Notes: generated by a model not told the origin, from the sequence alone. A stretch of DNA of 64,000 nt from Pseudobdellovibrionaceae bacterium (GCA_015163855.1 JAAOIK010000035.1:895-64894); one strand, 5' to 3'. Positions 25,741 through 36,366 are shown, counted from the stretch's first letter. Made by a program: numbers and translations.

Positions 25741-26220
25741 ATGTCTAGTCAAACTTACCCTTTAACGATTCAGGGAAAAGAAAAATTAGATGCAGAGCTT
25801 TATCATTTACTACATGTCGAAAAGCCGCGCATTATTAAAGCTATCGAAGTGGCTAGGGCCCATGGTGATTTAAGTGAAAATGCCGACTATGATGCAGCCA
25901 AACAACAACAAGGGCTTAATGAAGCTCGTATTGCCGACATACAATCTAAATTGGCAAGGGCAGAAACCATTGACCCTTCGCAAGTACAATCTGACTGCAT
26001 TGTTTTTGGTGCCATTTGTACTTTAAAAGATTTAAATTCTGATAAAGTAGTGACTTATCAAATTGTTGGCGAGGACGAAGCCGATATTAAGTTAGGCACT
26101 ATTTCTATTTTTTCTCCTCTTGCAAAAGCACTTATTGGAAAGAATAAATCAGATGTTGTAGAAATAAAAACACCCAAAGGGGAAAAAGATTACGAAATCA
26201 TCAAGTTTAAATTTAAATAG
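25741..26220 (+). CDS. greA: Transcription elongation factor GreA
   Basis: 159 aa. HGDLSENADYDAAK and ISIFSPLAKALIGK motifs. Confidence 0.93.
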   Translation: MSSQTYPLTIQGKEKLDAELYHLLHVEKPRIIKAIEVARAHGDLSENADYDAAKQQQGLNEARIADIQSKLARAETIDPSQVQSDCIVFGAICTLKDLNSDKVVTYQIVGEDEADIKLGTISIFSPLAKALIGKNKSDVVEIKTPKGEKDYEIIKFKFK

Positions 26221-26272
26221 CGGATTAGAAATATCAGAAGAGCCCAGCATTTCTGTTCACTGGAAAATATGG

Positions 26273-27793
26273 ATGTTTTCTAGCTTATTGTTAGTGGGTA
26301 TTTTTTCTGGAATCTTTTTTTTATCTTTATCTTCAAAGCATTTAAAATTTTGGGTAGAATCGTATTTAAACACACCCAGCTCTAAGCTACATTTTCAGTT
26401 TAAAGATATTAAATTGTCTTTATCTCAGTGGGGAGTTTTGCCTATCATTGGTTTAAAATCCTCTTTGGTTGAGGTTTCTGTAAAGCCTTTTGAAAACACT
26501 TGTTTTGATGTAGATACGCTTCGGTTAAATACCGTATTTATAAAGGTTAACCCCATAAACTTATTATTGGGAAAACTTTATTTTAGTTCTATCGAGGTAG
26601 ATAATATTAACTTGGATGTAAATACTTTTTGTGAAAATTTGTCTTCCAAAAGCTTTGGTTATAAAATGTCTTATTTTATGCATCATAAAGCAGAGCAAGA
26701 AATAGATAGCTTTATTAAATGGATTGACCAAATAGAGGTTAATAAGTTTATTTTAAGCAATCAATTTAATAAACTAATGTTAATTAAAAATTTAAAACTA
26801 AAATCTTATCAAAAGCCAAAATTTATTTTACTTTCTGGCGAGACACTTCCGTATTTAAATAACTCGTTTAAAACCATAGAGTCTATTCAACCTAAAATTT
26901 TTATTTACCCTCACAGTATAAAAACAAAATGGTGGTGGCATTTACAAGAGGGAGTAGTTAAACTAAATACACAGTTATTGTTTTCGGCAAGCAAACATAA
27001 AAAACCCAAATACCAATCGCAATTGCGATGGGCAGGTAGCGTTTCTTACTTACCTGTTTCTTCGGCTTTAAATTTATTATACAAAAACAAGCTTATAGAT
27101 ATAAAGTTTTCCGAATTAAATACATGGCTTTCTTGTAGCTTTAATGGGCAATTACAGTTTTTTAATTCTTCTTCTTTTTTTTCTAAATCAAGCATGAGTG
27201 TAAAAAACTGTAAACTTAAGGGTTTAGAATTGGTAGCCCATTTAAAAAATAGCGATTGGAAAATAAAACCTTTTCGAGCCAAACAAGATACCCATTTGTA
27301 TTTTTCTAAATTGTATGCAAAAAAATTTGTTAACCCTTTTTTAGCAAAGTGGATTAAAAAATCTGATTATTTTATGCCCTTTAGCCCAGCTTTTGGAAAA
27401 GGAAGCCTTTCGGGGACAGTAGATATTTTCAAAACTGGTTCTTGGAAATTTAATGCTAAAATAAAAGACAGTGTTTTAAATTTTAAAAAAGACAAAAAGC
27501 TAGAGTGGTTTTCTGTTTCTAGTGCGGATATTGATATATCAGCTAATGCTAACTTATCTAGTGTCTCTGTGGAGTTAAACAACATTTCTACTTCTGATAA
27601 TGATAACACAGATAGCATAAAAAAATTATCGAATAAAAAAAACACCAAGCTACTACTTAAATATAAAAAAACGAATTTAAAAAAGGATTACACTTTAAAT
27701 AAGATAAGTTTTGATAAAAAAAGTTTGTCTTCTTTAAAAGGCTTTCCTTTTTTAGAGTATTTAGAAAAAAGATCGAAAGAATTAAAGCCCTAA
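26273..27793 (+). CDS. Hypothetical membrane-anchored protein (weak AsmA-like N-terminus)
   Basis: Long ORF with an N-terminal TM segment and a Ser/Lys/Asn-rich sequence. No firm motif. Confidence 0.4.
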   Translation: MFSSLLLVGIFSGIFFLSLSSKHLKFWVESYLNTPSSKLHFQFKDIKLSLSQWGVLPIIGLKSSLVEVSVKPFENTCFDVDTLRLNTVFIKVNPINLLLGKLYFSSIEVDNINLDVNTFCENLSSKSFGYKMSYFMHHKAEQEIDSFIKWIDQIEVNKFILSNQFNKLMLIKNLKLKSYQKPKFILLSGETLPYLNNSFKTIESIQPKIFIYPHSIKTKWWWHLQEGVVKLNTQLLFSASKHKKPKYQSQLRWAGSVSYLPVSSALNLLYKNKLIDIKFSELNTWLSCSFNGQLQFFNSSSFFSKSSMSVKNCKLKGLELVAHLKNSDWKIKPFRAKQDTHLYFSKLYAKKFVNPFLAKWIKKSDYFMPFSPAFGKGSLSGTVDIFKTGSWKFNAKIKDSVLNFKKDKKLEWFSVSSADIDISANANLSSVSVELNNISTSDNDNTDSIKKLSNKKNTKLLLKYKKTNLKKDYTLNKISFDKKSLSSLKGFPFLEYLEKRSKELKP

Positions 27794-27794
27794 A

Positions 27795-28520
27795 TTATTT
27801 TTCTGTTTTATAATTTTCTATATTTAATAATTCTTGAAAGCCTACTCCAGAAAAACTTTTTAGCCTTTTAAAAAAATCCATAAAAATATAAAAAGAAAAA
27901 GGCATAAGCGGTAGTGCAATGACTACAAAACCCATCCATGTCATTTGTGAAACTTGGCTATTTAAAACAGCTTGTATTTTATGAGAGTCTACCTCGGTTA
28001 TGGGGATAAAGATGTTATAAGCTAATATAAAGTTTAACAAAGCGCTTAAGAAAAAAGAAACAGCAAATAATTTATTAGACCGAACAAACAGCTTTTTCAT
28101 TTTTTCGCCAGCTTGTGTTTCTGTTACTTTTTTATTTAACAAAGCCGTATTTATAAACTGTGGGTTCATTATAATTAATTGAAAAAAATTTTTCTTTTTT
28201 GTAGCAGATAGCCAAACAAAAACTCCGATTAAAAAAGGAAAGGCTGCTTCTTTTATGCTAAACCAGGGGCCTGACAGTTGTAACACGGCAAAGCCACCAC
28301 TAAGACCAATGTTAATTCCACCTAAAAGTGCCATCCAACTTTTATTTTTTTTACTAACATAATCCCACAACCCGTAACTTAAGGGGAAAGATAGAGCTAT
28401 TATTAAACTAATAAGTGCTGCGTTTTCGTAAGGAATCCACCCAGCTAGTTTTTCTAATAATATACTAGGGATTATTATAGTTAGCAGTAAGCTAATTAAA
28501 GGATTTTCTTTGTTTTTCAT
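27795..28520 (-). CDS. Hypothetical polytopic inner-membrane protein
   Basis: About 6 hydrophobic helices. No catalytic motif recognised. Confidence 0.5.
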   Translation of the reverse strand: MKNKENPLISLLLTIIIPSILLEKLAGWIPYENAALISLIIALSFPLSYGLWDYVSKKNKSWMALLGGINIGLSGGFAVLQLSGPWFSIKEAAFPFLIGVFVWLSATKKKNFFQLIIMNPQFINTALLNKKVTETQAGEKMKKLFVRSNKLFAVSFFLSALLNFILAYNIFIPITEVDSHKIQAVLNSQVSQMTWMGFVVIALPLMPFSFYIFMDFFKRLKSFSGVGFQELLNIENYKTEK

Positions 28521-28565
28521 GGTTTAAATAAAAATTAATAAAATAGCTTTGTATTATTACGATTT

Positions 28566-29630
28566 TTATTTTTTGGGAAGGGTTTGTTTGTTAAGTTGAA
28601 TTTGTAAGTATATAGGAAAGTGATCGCTGGTTCCATACCCAGTTTTTGCATTAAATCGTGCGGGGTTTGAATAGGGGTTAAGCTGTACTCTGGTTCTGTT
28701 GGGAATGCCCACAGATTTTTTATCAATATGCCATGGGTGTAATGCTCTTCTAAGTAATAAGGCATCTAAAAAAGACCAAGAGCCTTTATAAGGATAAGTG
28801 CCTTGGCAGGAATCACAGCCCATAAGGTGAGAAACTTTCCATACTTTTCCCAAGATTTTTTCATAAAAATATTTTCTATTATTTTCTTTGCGGGTAATAT
28901 TAAAATCTCCGCCAGCAAGGGCTAATCTATTTTTTGGTAATCTATTCACTAAACGGTTAAGCGTTTCAATAGCTTGAGCTCTCCAATAGGTAGGGTTTCT
29001 AGGCGAGGGAAAATGCACTCCAAATATATTGGCTAGCTCGCCTGAGGGAAGAATCATTGTAGCCTCTAGTATCCCACGACTGCGCATCATCCATTTTTTA
29101 TCTCTTGCATTTTTGGCCTTAAAGGCAATGCGGTGCAAGGTTGGTTTCCCTTTTCTTTTTAACCTAGACAGAAAGGCAATATCAATACCTCTTTTATCAA
29201 AACCTTCAATATGAGTAATATTATAGTGTGCGCGTTTTAACTTTTTATTAAGTTGCTTTAAAACATTTAAATTTTCCACTTCGGTTACAATTAAAATATC
29301 TGGTCCTCGCCCCTTATTAACCTGTAAAATAGCTGTGGCTAAATTATCTAATTTTTTATCTAAAACACTTTGTGTCCAATCTAAGGTTAAACAAATTTTT
29401 TGATAATAAGTATTACGAATTTTTTTACACTCTTTAATGTAAGGCCCTTTTTGGTTTTTAGGCAAATAGGCAAAATCTTCGCGGTCTTTGTCGTGTAGTG
29501 TATCAAATAGGTTTTCTAAATTATAGGTCATAACACTAACAGTGTTAGGCTTTTGCTTTTTGCTCCATTGGGGAGAGTGCGAACAAGCTATTAACATTAA
29601 GCAAGAAAATACTATTTTTAAAATATTCAT
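28566..29630 (-). CDS. Secreted endonuclease/exonuclease/phosphatase (EEP) family protein, probable lipoprotein
   Basis: Lipobox LIACS. EEP motifs VMTYNLENLFD, ILIVTEVEN, GGDFN and SDHFP. Confidence 0.8.
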   Translation of the reverse strand: MNILKIVFSCLMLIACSHSPQWSKKQKPNTVSVMTYNLENLFDTLHDKDREDFAYLPKNQKGPYIKECKKIRNTYYQKICLTLDWTQSVLDKKLDNLATAILQVNKGRGPDILIVTEVENLNVLKQLNKKLKRAHYNITHIEGFDKRGIDIAFLSRLKRKGKPTLHRIAFKAKNARDKKWMMRSRGILEATMILPSGELANIFGVHFPSPRNPTYWRAQAIETLNRLVNRLPKNRLALAGGDFNITRKENNRKYFYEKILGKVWKVSHLMGCDSCQGTYPYKGSWSFLDALLLRRALHPWHIDKKSVGIPNRTRVQLNPYSNPARFNAKTGYGTSDHFPIYLQIQLNKQTLPKK

Positions 29631-29879
29631 AAAATAGGCCTATTTAGGGAAAAGTGATTGAAATCTGAAAATAAGGTAAAAGACTCTTGCGCTAATGTCA
29701 AAACTTGTTAGCAATTATTTTTTCTTTTTATGTCAAGTGTTTACTTATATTTGTGTTTCACAGCCATTTTAAATCCTTACCTTTCGCAAGGTGTTAAAGT
29801 CTTTAAAAAGTTATAACTTTTGCCTTTAGGCTATGGTATTAACTTTTCAAGCTAGAAAGCAGCCAGAAAAGGAGCAAGT

Positions 29880-30770
29880 ATGAAAGAGTTGAGTAAAAAA
29901 GTGGTAAGCAAAAAGTGGTTATTGCTAAGTATAATATTTTTGTGGTCTACCAGCAGTTTTGCCGCCAACCTTGTTTCTGAGGAAAAATTATCTCCCCATT
30001 ATAGCAAGGGTTCTTATTCTAAAAAAATATGGCATTGGAGCTTTTATAGCTTGGCTTCTCAATCTAGTGTTTCTTTAAAAGATGGTTATGGAGGCTTATT
30101 TTCGTATAACTATTTTAAAGCCAGACACTATTTAGGAAACACCGCTTCTATTTCTCTTGTTCCTACTTTTTATATTTCTACAGCAGGCCGCCGAGACGAA
30201 ACATCTCGGGTAAAAGATGGCTCTATTCAAATTGGAGACTTTTATTCGGAGTATCAATACTCCGCTTACTCCAATGCGTTTTTAAAAACAAAAATGGGAG
30301 CAAGGCTTTACTTGCCTTTAAGTGGCTCTTCAAAGCGTAGTTTATTAAGAACCAGAAGCCAATTATATGCTTCGGTTAGTGCTTACCCGTTTTATAAAGT
30401 ACAAACCTATTACAAAGTAGAAGCAGATGGTTACCTTTACAAGCAAAACTCTTATAAAAATAAAGACAAACAAGAAGTGGGTAAAAAAACTTCTAAGTGG
30501 TCTCATTTTTTATCGGTAAGTTATTTGGCAACTAGCAAATTTCATTTTTCTGGCCGTGTAGGGCAAGAACTATCTTTGTATAAAAAAACACCAATGACAG
30601 AACCTAACCAGCTAAGTTATTCGGCAGATATGAGCGTACAGTGGAACATGGCTTATAAAATGAATATGAATATAGGTTTACAAAATACTATTAATCGTGG
30701 GCAAAGCTGGAAAGATTTACTTGCCTTAAAAACTTCTGAAATTGTTGTCAGAACTAGTATTTTATTTTAG
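29880..30770 (+). CDS. Putative outer-membrane beta-barrel protein
   Basis: Signal peptide ending SSFA. Alternating aromatic/polar pattern. C-terminal ...VRTSILF with a terminal Phe (beta-signal-like). Confidence 0.5.
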   Translation: MKELSKKVVSKKWLLLSIIFLWSTSSFAANLVSEEKLSPHYSKGSYSKKIWHWSFYSLASQSSVSLKDGYGGLFSYNYFKARHYLGNTASISLVPTFYISTAGRRDETSRVKDGSIQIGDFYSEYQYSAYSNAFLKTKMGARLYLPLSGSSKRSLLRTRSQLYASVSAYPFYKVQTYYKVEADGYLYKQNSYKNKDKQEVGKKTSKWSHFLSVSYLATSKFHFSGRVGQELSLYKKTPMTEPNQLSYSADMSVQWNMAYKMNMNIGLQNTINRGQSWKDLLALKTSEIVVRTSILF

Positions 30771-30809
30771 TTTAACCTTTTGTAAATACAATAAAGTTAT
30801 TTAATTTTT

Positions 30810-31832
30810 ATGTTATTTAAAAAACAGCACCGCTTTGTTTTGTCCAGTATTTTTGTGTTACTTGTTGTTAGCCACTTTTTATATTGGCGTCAGTATAGTT
30901 TTAAAGCGATTGTTTTAGAAAGCGCTTTGGTGTTAACGACAAACAAACAAAACACTTATGATTTGGTAGGTATTTGTAATAAATTAAAATATTTTTCTTG
31001 CTCTAATTATTTATTAAAACAGTTATTACAAAAACACCCAGGGGATTCTTTAGCCTTATTTAATTTAGCCTATGTTGCGTACAAAAAAAACAATTGGAAG
31101 TTATCAGCTGCGTATTTTCAAAATTATTTTTCGTTAAAAGAAGATAATATACAAGCCTATTTATTATATTCTAAAGTTTTGCAAAAATTAAATAAAAACC
31201 AAGAAGCGATAAATATTTTATATTGGGGGCTTTCTAACAAAAGAGACGCTAGTTTAGTTCAAGAGCTAGTGATATTGTTAAATGCTACCAATCATTCCAC
31301 AGAGGCCTTGTCTTTGTTATTTAATATTAACAATTCTAAACTACAAGAAAGGGTTGTGTTTAAAAAGAAAAACCATGCAAACTTTAACCGTTACGGCAGC
31401 CTTTCTAAGCTATTAGCTTTTAGTAAAAAGCGTTTTGCAGAAAATTTATTTAAACACAGCGCTCCTTTAAAAAATTTACGATTATTTTCTATTAGAGGAG
31501 AAAATTTTTTTATACCTGTGCGCTTAAACAAAGTGTCTAGCCCACAGGCTGTGCAGTTAGTTGCTGAGAAAAAAAGTATTACACAAAAAAAAGTATTAAA
31601 TAAAATAAGCTTGTCGTTTTTAGAAGAAAATTATTTTTTTTTACAAGAAGAATTAAAGGTAGGTAATGTTATTAATATACCTAATCTTTTTATTGGCCCG
31701 TGGAAGATGAATAATGTGGCTTTTAAAATTTGTGAAAATTGCCAATCTAAGCTTTATATACAAAGCTTGCCCTTGGTTACTTATAAATTTACTAAACAAT
31801 ATATTTTAAATTTTTTAAATTTATTTATCTAA
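30810..31832 (+). CDS. Hypothetical protein with TPR-like repeats
   Basis: N-terminal TM segment. TPR-like segments (ALFNLAYVAYKKNNWKLSAAYFQNYF..., AYLLYSKVLQKLNKNQEAI). Confidence 0.4.
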   Translation: MLFKKQHRFVLSSIFVLLVVSHFLYWRQYSFKAIVLESALVLTTNKQNTYDLVGICNKLKYFSCSNYLLKQLLQKHPGDSLALFNLAYVAYKKNNWKLSAAYFQNYFSLKEDNIQAYLLYSKVLQKLNKNQEAINILYWGLSNKRDASLVQELVILLNATNHSTEALSLLFNINNSKLQERVVFKKKNHANFNRYGSLSKLLAFSKKRFAENLFKHSAPLKNLRLFSIRGENFFIPVRLNKVSSPQAVQLVAEKKSITQKKVLNKISLSFLEENYFFLQEELKVGNVINIPNLFIGPWKMNNVAFKICENCQSKLYIQSLPLVTYKFTKQYILNFLNLFI

Positions 31833-32988
31833 AGGCTTGTATGCCGGTAATTTCGGCACCCATCACTAGTTTGTGAATGTCTTCTGTGCCTTCGTAAGTA
31901 TTTACGGATTCTAAGTTCATCATGTGTCGTACTATAGGGTACTCATCAATAATTCCATTAGCTCCTAGCATATCGCGCGCTTCGCGGGCAATGTTTAAGG
32001 CCATTTTGCAATTATTCATTTTACCTAAAGACACTTGCCAATGTTTTAGTTGGTTTTTTTCTTTTAATCGCCCTAACTGTAAAGCTAAGAGTTGTGCCTT
32101 ACTTAATTCTTGAACCATATGTGCTAATTTGGCTTGAACCAGTTGGTAGCTCGCTTGTGGTTTGTCAAAAATCTCACGCGCTTTGCTGTACTCTAGGGCG
32201 GTTTGGTAGCAGGTGTTTGCCGCCCCTAAAACTCCCCAAGCAATTCCGTATCGGGCTTGAGTTAAACAGCTTAAAGGGCTTTTTAAACCTTGGCTATTAG
32301 GAAGTAGGTGGCTATCGGGTACAAAACAATCTTGAAAATGCAACTCGGAGGTAACGCTAACTCTTAGCGAAAATTTTCCTTTCATGGTACTTGTCGAAAA
32401 ACCTTCAAAATCTTTTTCTACAATAAAACCTTTAATTACTCCATCTACATAAGCCCAAACAATAGCAATATCGGCAATGCAACCATTGGTAATCCACATT
32501 TTATTGCCATTTAAAATATAACCACCGTCTACTTTTTTTGCTGTGGTTTTTAAACCTCCAGGGTTTGATCCTGCGTCGGGTTCTGTAAGGCCAAAGCAGC
32601 CAATGGCATTTCCTTGTGCAAGCATTGGTAAAAATTTTTGTTTTTGTTCTTCAGAACCAAAAGTGTGTATAGGGTACATTACTAAAGCCCCTTGAACCGA
32701 ACAAAAAGAGCGAATACCAGAGTCGCCCCGTTCTAATTCTTGCATGGTTAGTCCATAGGCCACAGAGCCTAGCTCGGCACAACCGTAGCCTTTTAAATTA
32801 GACCCTAATAGGCCCAGTTTTCCAAATTCGGGGATAAGATGGTTCGGAAATTTTTCTCCTCGATGACAGTCTTGTAATAAGGGTTCTATGCTGTTGCTTA
32901 CAAAGTCTCTAACACTTTGTCGAACCATTATTTCTTCTTCGGTAAGCAGGCTATCAATATCTATAAAGTTTAACGAAGTGTAGCTCAT
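31825..32988 (-). CDS. Acyl-CoA dehydrogenase (glutaryl-CoA dehydrogenase-like)
   Basis: GCFGLTEPDAGSNPGG, WITNG, YEGTEDIH. I chose the start at the internal Met (ATG complement at 32986-32988, MSYTSLNF...), which gives a typical ~388 aa. The tracked start at 33066 would run through the cmk start. Confidence 0.87.
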   Translation of the reverse strand: MSYTSLNFIDIDSLLTEEEIMVRQSVRDFVSNSIEPLLQDCHRGEKFPNHLIPEFGKLGLLGSNLKGYGCAELGSVAYGLTMQELERGDSGIRSFCSVQGALVMYPIHTFGSEEQKQKFLPMLAQGNAIGCFGLTEPDAGSNPGGLKTTAKKVDGGYILNGNKMWITNGCIADIAIVWAYVDGVIKGFIVEKDFEGFSTSTMKGKFSLRVSVTSELHFQDCFVPDSHLLPNSQGLKSPLSCLTQARYGIAWGVLGAANTCYQTALEYSKAREIFDKPQASYQLVQAKLAHMVQELSKAQLLALQLGRLKEKNQLKHWQVSLGKMNNCKMALNIAREARDMLGANGIIDEYPIVRHMMNLESVNTYEGTEDIHKLVMGAEITGIQAFR

Positions 32989-33072
32989 AAGAGTTAGTCT
33001 GCTAAGATATAAAGAAAAAGGCAATAAAAAAATTACTTGCAAGGTTTCTTCATTCTCCTTATACATAAATTC

Positions 33073-33744
33073 ATGTCAGAAGTATTTGTGGTTAGCATTG
33101 ATGGTCCAGCAGCTTCTGGTAAAAGTACGGTTAGCCGATTACTTGCCAAAAAGTTACAAGGCTCGTGGTTGTCTACGGGAATATTTTACCGAGGTCTTGC
33201 TTTTTTAGTAAGTCAGTTAAAAATCGAAACCTCAGACACCTCCAAAATCTTATCCGTCTTAAACAATGTTCAGTGGGAGGTGCAAATACACCCTCAAGAA
33301 ACACAATTTTATTATAAGGGAAAAAACTATACTCAAGATTTAAAGGGAGAAGAAGTGGGAGCCTTGGCCAGTTTATTAGCCGCAAACCCAAGTGTTCGAT
33401 TAGCTTTATTAGAGAAGCAAAGGCAAATGAAGTCATTGGCAAAAAATGTTTTTATTGCAGAGGGGCGAGATTGTGCAAGTGTGGTTTTTCCCGAGTCAGA
33501 TTTAAAAGTATTTATTAGTGCTAGCTTAGAAGATAGAGCGAAAAGAAGAAGTTTAGAAACGGGCCGGTTAGAAAGTCTAGTAAAAGATCAGCAAAAGCAC
33601 AGAGACCAGCAAGACCGCTCTAGAAAGGCCGCTCCTTTAAAAATTCATGCAGACGCTTTGTGTGTAAATAGCAGTTTATACTCGGCTGAAGAAATTGTAG
33701 ACCAATTATATGCGAGTATTAAAAAACTCTTAAAGCCCTCTTAA
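33073..33744 (+). CDS. cmk: Cytidylate kinase
   Basis: IDGPAASGKST P-loop immediately after MSEVFVVS. cmk-rpsA synteny. The tracked start at 33037 is less likely. Confidence 0.9.
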   Translation: MSEVFVVSIDGPAASGKSTVSRLLAKKLQGSWLSTGIFYRGLAFLVSQLKIETSDTSKILSVLNNVQWEVQIHPQETQFYYKGKNYTQDLKGEEVGALASLLAANPSVRLALLEKQRQMKSLAKNVFIAEGRDCASVVFPESDLKVFISASLEDRAKRRSLETGRLESLVKDQQKHRDQQDRSRKAAPLKIHADALCVNSSLYSAEEIVDQLYASIKKLLKPS

Positions 33745-33820
33745 AAATTCTTTACCTTGACTTTTCTTGTATAGATTTTTATAAAGTTTGTATTATCTTA
33801 AAAGGGGGATACAATTTTTT

Positions 33821-35635
33821 ATGATTAAACCATCACAAACAGGCATTTATGCCGACCTAGCAAATATGCTAGATAAAGAAGACGCAAATATCGCAAAAAA
33901 TCCACAAGCCATTAAACAGGCAGAATTTACCAAAACAAAAACTACAGAGTCTTTTGAATCTTTATTTAAAGAAGATTCCATTAATAGCATTGTAGATTCT
34001 GTTGTAATGGGAAAGGTAATTAATATCACCGACAAATATGTTGTTTTAGATATTGGTTATAAAAGCGAAGGTTTAGTACCTAATAGTGAATTTAGTTTTA
34101 TTGATGGTGTTCCTGATATTAAAGTGGGCGACCCTGTGGAAGTTTATGTTTCTAAATCGGAAGATAAAAACGGCATGGTTGTATTATCTAAAGATAGAGC
34201 GGATATGATGAAGGCATGGGACAGTTTAATTAAGGCTGCAGAAAACGAAGAAGTGGTTGAGGGAGTAGTACTTTCCACAGTAAAAGGTGGTTTAAATGTA
34301 GATATTGGGGTTAAGGCATTTTTGCCAGGGTCTCAAATTGAACTTTACCCAGTTAAAGATTTAGCTCCTTATGTTGGGCAAACTTACAAATTAAAAATTA
34401 TTAAATTTAATCAGAAGCGTGGAAATATTGTTTTGTCTCGTCGTGCTTTATTAGAGGCTAGCCGAGAAACTTTAAGCAAACAATCTTTAGAGCATATGGA
34501 AGAAGGGCAAGTTCTTCCTGGTATTGTAAAAAATATTACCAACTATGGTGCGTTTATTGATTTAGGTGGTATTGATGGCTTAATTCATGTAACCGATATG
34601 AGTTGGAGTCACATTAAACACCCTTCAGATGTTTTAACTTTTGGAGAAAAAATTCAGGTTAAAATTTTAAAATTAGATAAAAGCAAAGGTCGAGTGAACT
34701 TAGGATTAAAACAATTACAAGAAGATCCATGGGCAAAAATTATTTCTTCTATGTCTGTAGGCGATAAAGTTAAAGGAAAAGTTTTATCCATTACCGATTA
34801 TGGTTGCTTTGTAAATTTAGAAGAGGGTGTTGAAGGTTTAATTCATACCAGCGAAGTGAGTTGGGATAAAAAGAAAAACATTAATTCTTTAGTCACTGTG
34901 GGCCAAGAAGTAGAAGTAATGATAGTAGATATTGATAAAGATAGTCATAGAATTAGTTTAAGCTTAAAGCGATTACAAGAAAATCCTTGGAAATCTTTAG
35001 AGGGGCTTTTCCCTGTGGGAACAATCATAGAAGGAAAGGTAACTTCTATTACAGACTTTGGAGTATTTATTAGCTTATCTGAAGAAATGGATGGCTTAGT
35101 GCATATTTCTGAATTTTCTTGGACAAAAAGAGTGGATAATGCCACCGACATTTACTCTGTTGGTGACCTTGTAAAAGCTGTAGTTTTAGGCATTGATACA
35201 GACAATGGTCGAGTAAGACTAGGTATTAAACAGCTAGAAGAAGACCCATGGAATGTAATCGATACTCAATTTCCTATTGGTTCTCAACACGAATTAGAAA
35301 TTAGTCGTATTGTAGACTTTGGTGCTTTTGCTAAGTTAACAGAAACTATTGAAGGTATGATTCATATTAGCGAGCTATCTGCTAAACGCATTGAAAGCCC
35401 GTCCGAAGTGGTTTCTGTGGGAGATAAAGTTAAAGTAGAAGTGGTTTCCATCGATAAAGAGGCTCGTCGTATTAGTTTAAGTATTAAATTAGCACAGCGT
35501 TCACAAATGAGAGAAGAAACTTCTATGGCTACAGAGGAGCTAAATAAAGGAGCGGCCTTTACTAGTGACTTTGGCTCTACTTTACAAAATCTTACCGACC
35601 AAGATAGTGAAAAGGATGATAAAAAGTCCGTTTAA
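33821..35635 (+). CDS. rpsA: 30S ribosomal protein S1
   Basis: Six tandem S1 (OB-fold) repeats (G.V..I...GAFI/V.L....GL.H.SE). SD AAGGGGGA lies before the ATG at 33821. Confidence 0.93.
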   Translation: MIKPSQTGIYADLANMLDKEDANIAKNPQAIKQAEFTKTKTTESFESLFKEDSINSIVDSVVMGKVINITDKYVVLDIGYKSEGLVPNSEFSFIDGVPDIKVGDPVEVYVSKSEDKNGMVVLSKDRADMMKAWDSLIKAAENEEVVEGVVLSTVKGGLNVDIGVKAFLPGSQIELYPVKDLAPYVGQTYKLKIIKFNQKRGNIVLSRRALLEASRETLSKQSLEHMEEGQVLPGIVKNITNYGAFIDLGGIDGLIHVTDMSWSHIKHPSDVLTFGEKIQVKILKLDKSKGRVNLGLKQLQEDPWAKIISSMSVGDKVKGKVLSITDYGCFVNLEEGVEGLIHTSEVSWDKKKNINSLVTVGQEVEVMIVDIDKDSHRISLSLKRLQENPWKSLEGLFPVGTIIEGKVTSITDFGVFISLSEEMDGLVHISEFSWTKRVDNATDIYSVGDLVKAVVLGIDTDNGRVRLGIKQLEEDPWNVIDTQFPIGSQHELEISRIVDFGAFAKLTETIEGMIHISELSAKRIESPSEVVSVGDKVKVEVVSIDKEARRISLSIKLAQRSQMREETSMATEELNKGAAFTSDFGSTLQNLTDQDSEKDDKKSV

Positions 35636-35679
35636 AGACATCGGGATATCAAATTCATTTTACTATTTCTTCTAGTCCC

Positions 35680-36366
35680 ATGGTAAAAAAAATCATTTTT
35701 TTTAATGTATTGCTGTGGTTTGTTTTAGTAATTGTTGTTCAAGGTCTTATTTTAGATAATAATTTTATTTTTCAATATTTAGGTTTTGCACCAAAAACTA
35801 TGTTTGAAGATTTTCTTTTTTGGCAACCAGTAACCTACATGTTTTTACACTCTAAGTCTTTATTCCATATTTTGTTTAATATGTTTATGTTGTGGATGTT
35901 GGGTTCAGAATTAGAAAAAAAATGGGGACCCTCTTTTTTTCTCAAATATTATTTACTTTGTGGCATAGGCAGTGCTTTTATTTACAGCGGAGTTTTTTTT
36001 GTAGCACAATTTTTTTCTAAATCACTTTTTGTTTTTAGTATTCCCGTTGTTGGGGCTTCTGCTGCTATATTTGGGTTGCTAGCTGCCTATGGGCTGCTTT
36101 TTAAAAATCGTATTATTTTTTTTATGATGATATTTCCCATAAAAGCAAAAAATTTGGTTTTATTATTAGCAGGTATTGAAGTTTTTAACTTATTAGATCA
36201 TGGGTTAGGAGGGCCAACGGCCAATTTGTCTCATTTGGGAGGTTTATTGGTGGGTTTTTTATATTTGCAGTTTATTTACTTAAAGCCTAAAAAGGTGGCC
36301 AAATTTGGAAATCGGCACCTAAAATTAGTAATAGATAACTCTGAAGAATCAGAAACTTGGCACTAA
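35680..36366 (+). CDS. Rhomboid-family intramembrane serine protease
   Basis: Six TM segments. Catalytic GASAAIFG (Ser) and SHLGG (His). HSKSLFHILFNM resembles the rhomboid HxxxN region. Confidence 0.8.
   Translation: MVKKIIFFNVLLWFVLVIVVQGLILDNNFIFQYLGFAPKTMFEDFLFWQPVTYMFLHSKSLFHILFNMFMLWMLGSELEKKWGPSFFLKYYLLCGIGSAFIYSGVFFVAQFFSKSLFVFSIPVVGASAAIFGLLAAYGLLFKNRIIFFMMIFPIKAKNLVLLLAGIEVFNLLDHGLGGPTANLSHLGGLLVGFLYLQFIYLKPKKVAKFGNRHLKLVIDNSEESETWH

Noticed and set aside
28535-28765. A 76-aa ORF overlapping the 3' end of the EEP gene in another frame.
   Set aside because: It is embedded in the EEP coding region on the same strand and has no independent signals.
33037-33066. The long tracked starts of cmk (33037) and the acyl-CoA dehydrogenase gene (33066), which would make the two divergent genes overlap by 30 nt.
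   Set aside because: Internal Met codons (33073 for cmk, 32988 for the dehydrogenase) give canonical N-termini and lengths and leave an 84-nt divergent promoter region.
35680-36366. Reading the rhomboid protease as a rhombosortase that processes the SCKSLF-tailed proteins.
   Set aside because: Rhombosortase substrates carry a GlyGly-CTERM signal (motif, TM helix, basic tail). The SCKSLF tails have no TM helix, and the gene is 30 kb away with no linkage evidence.
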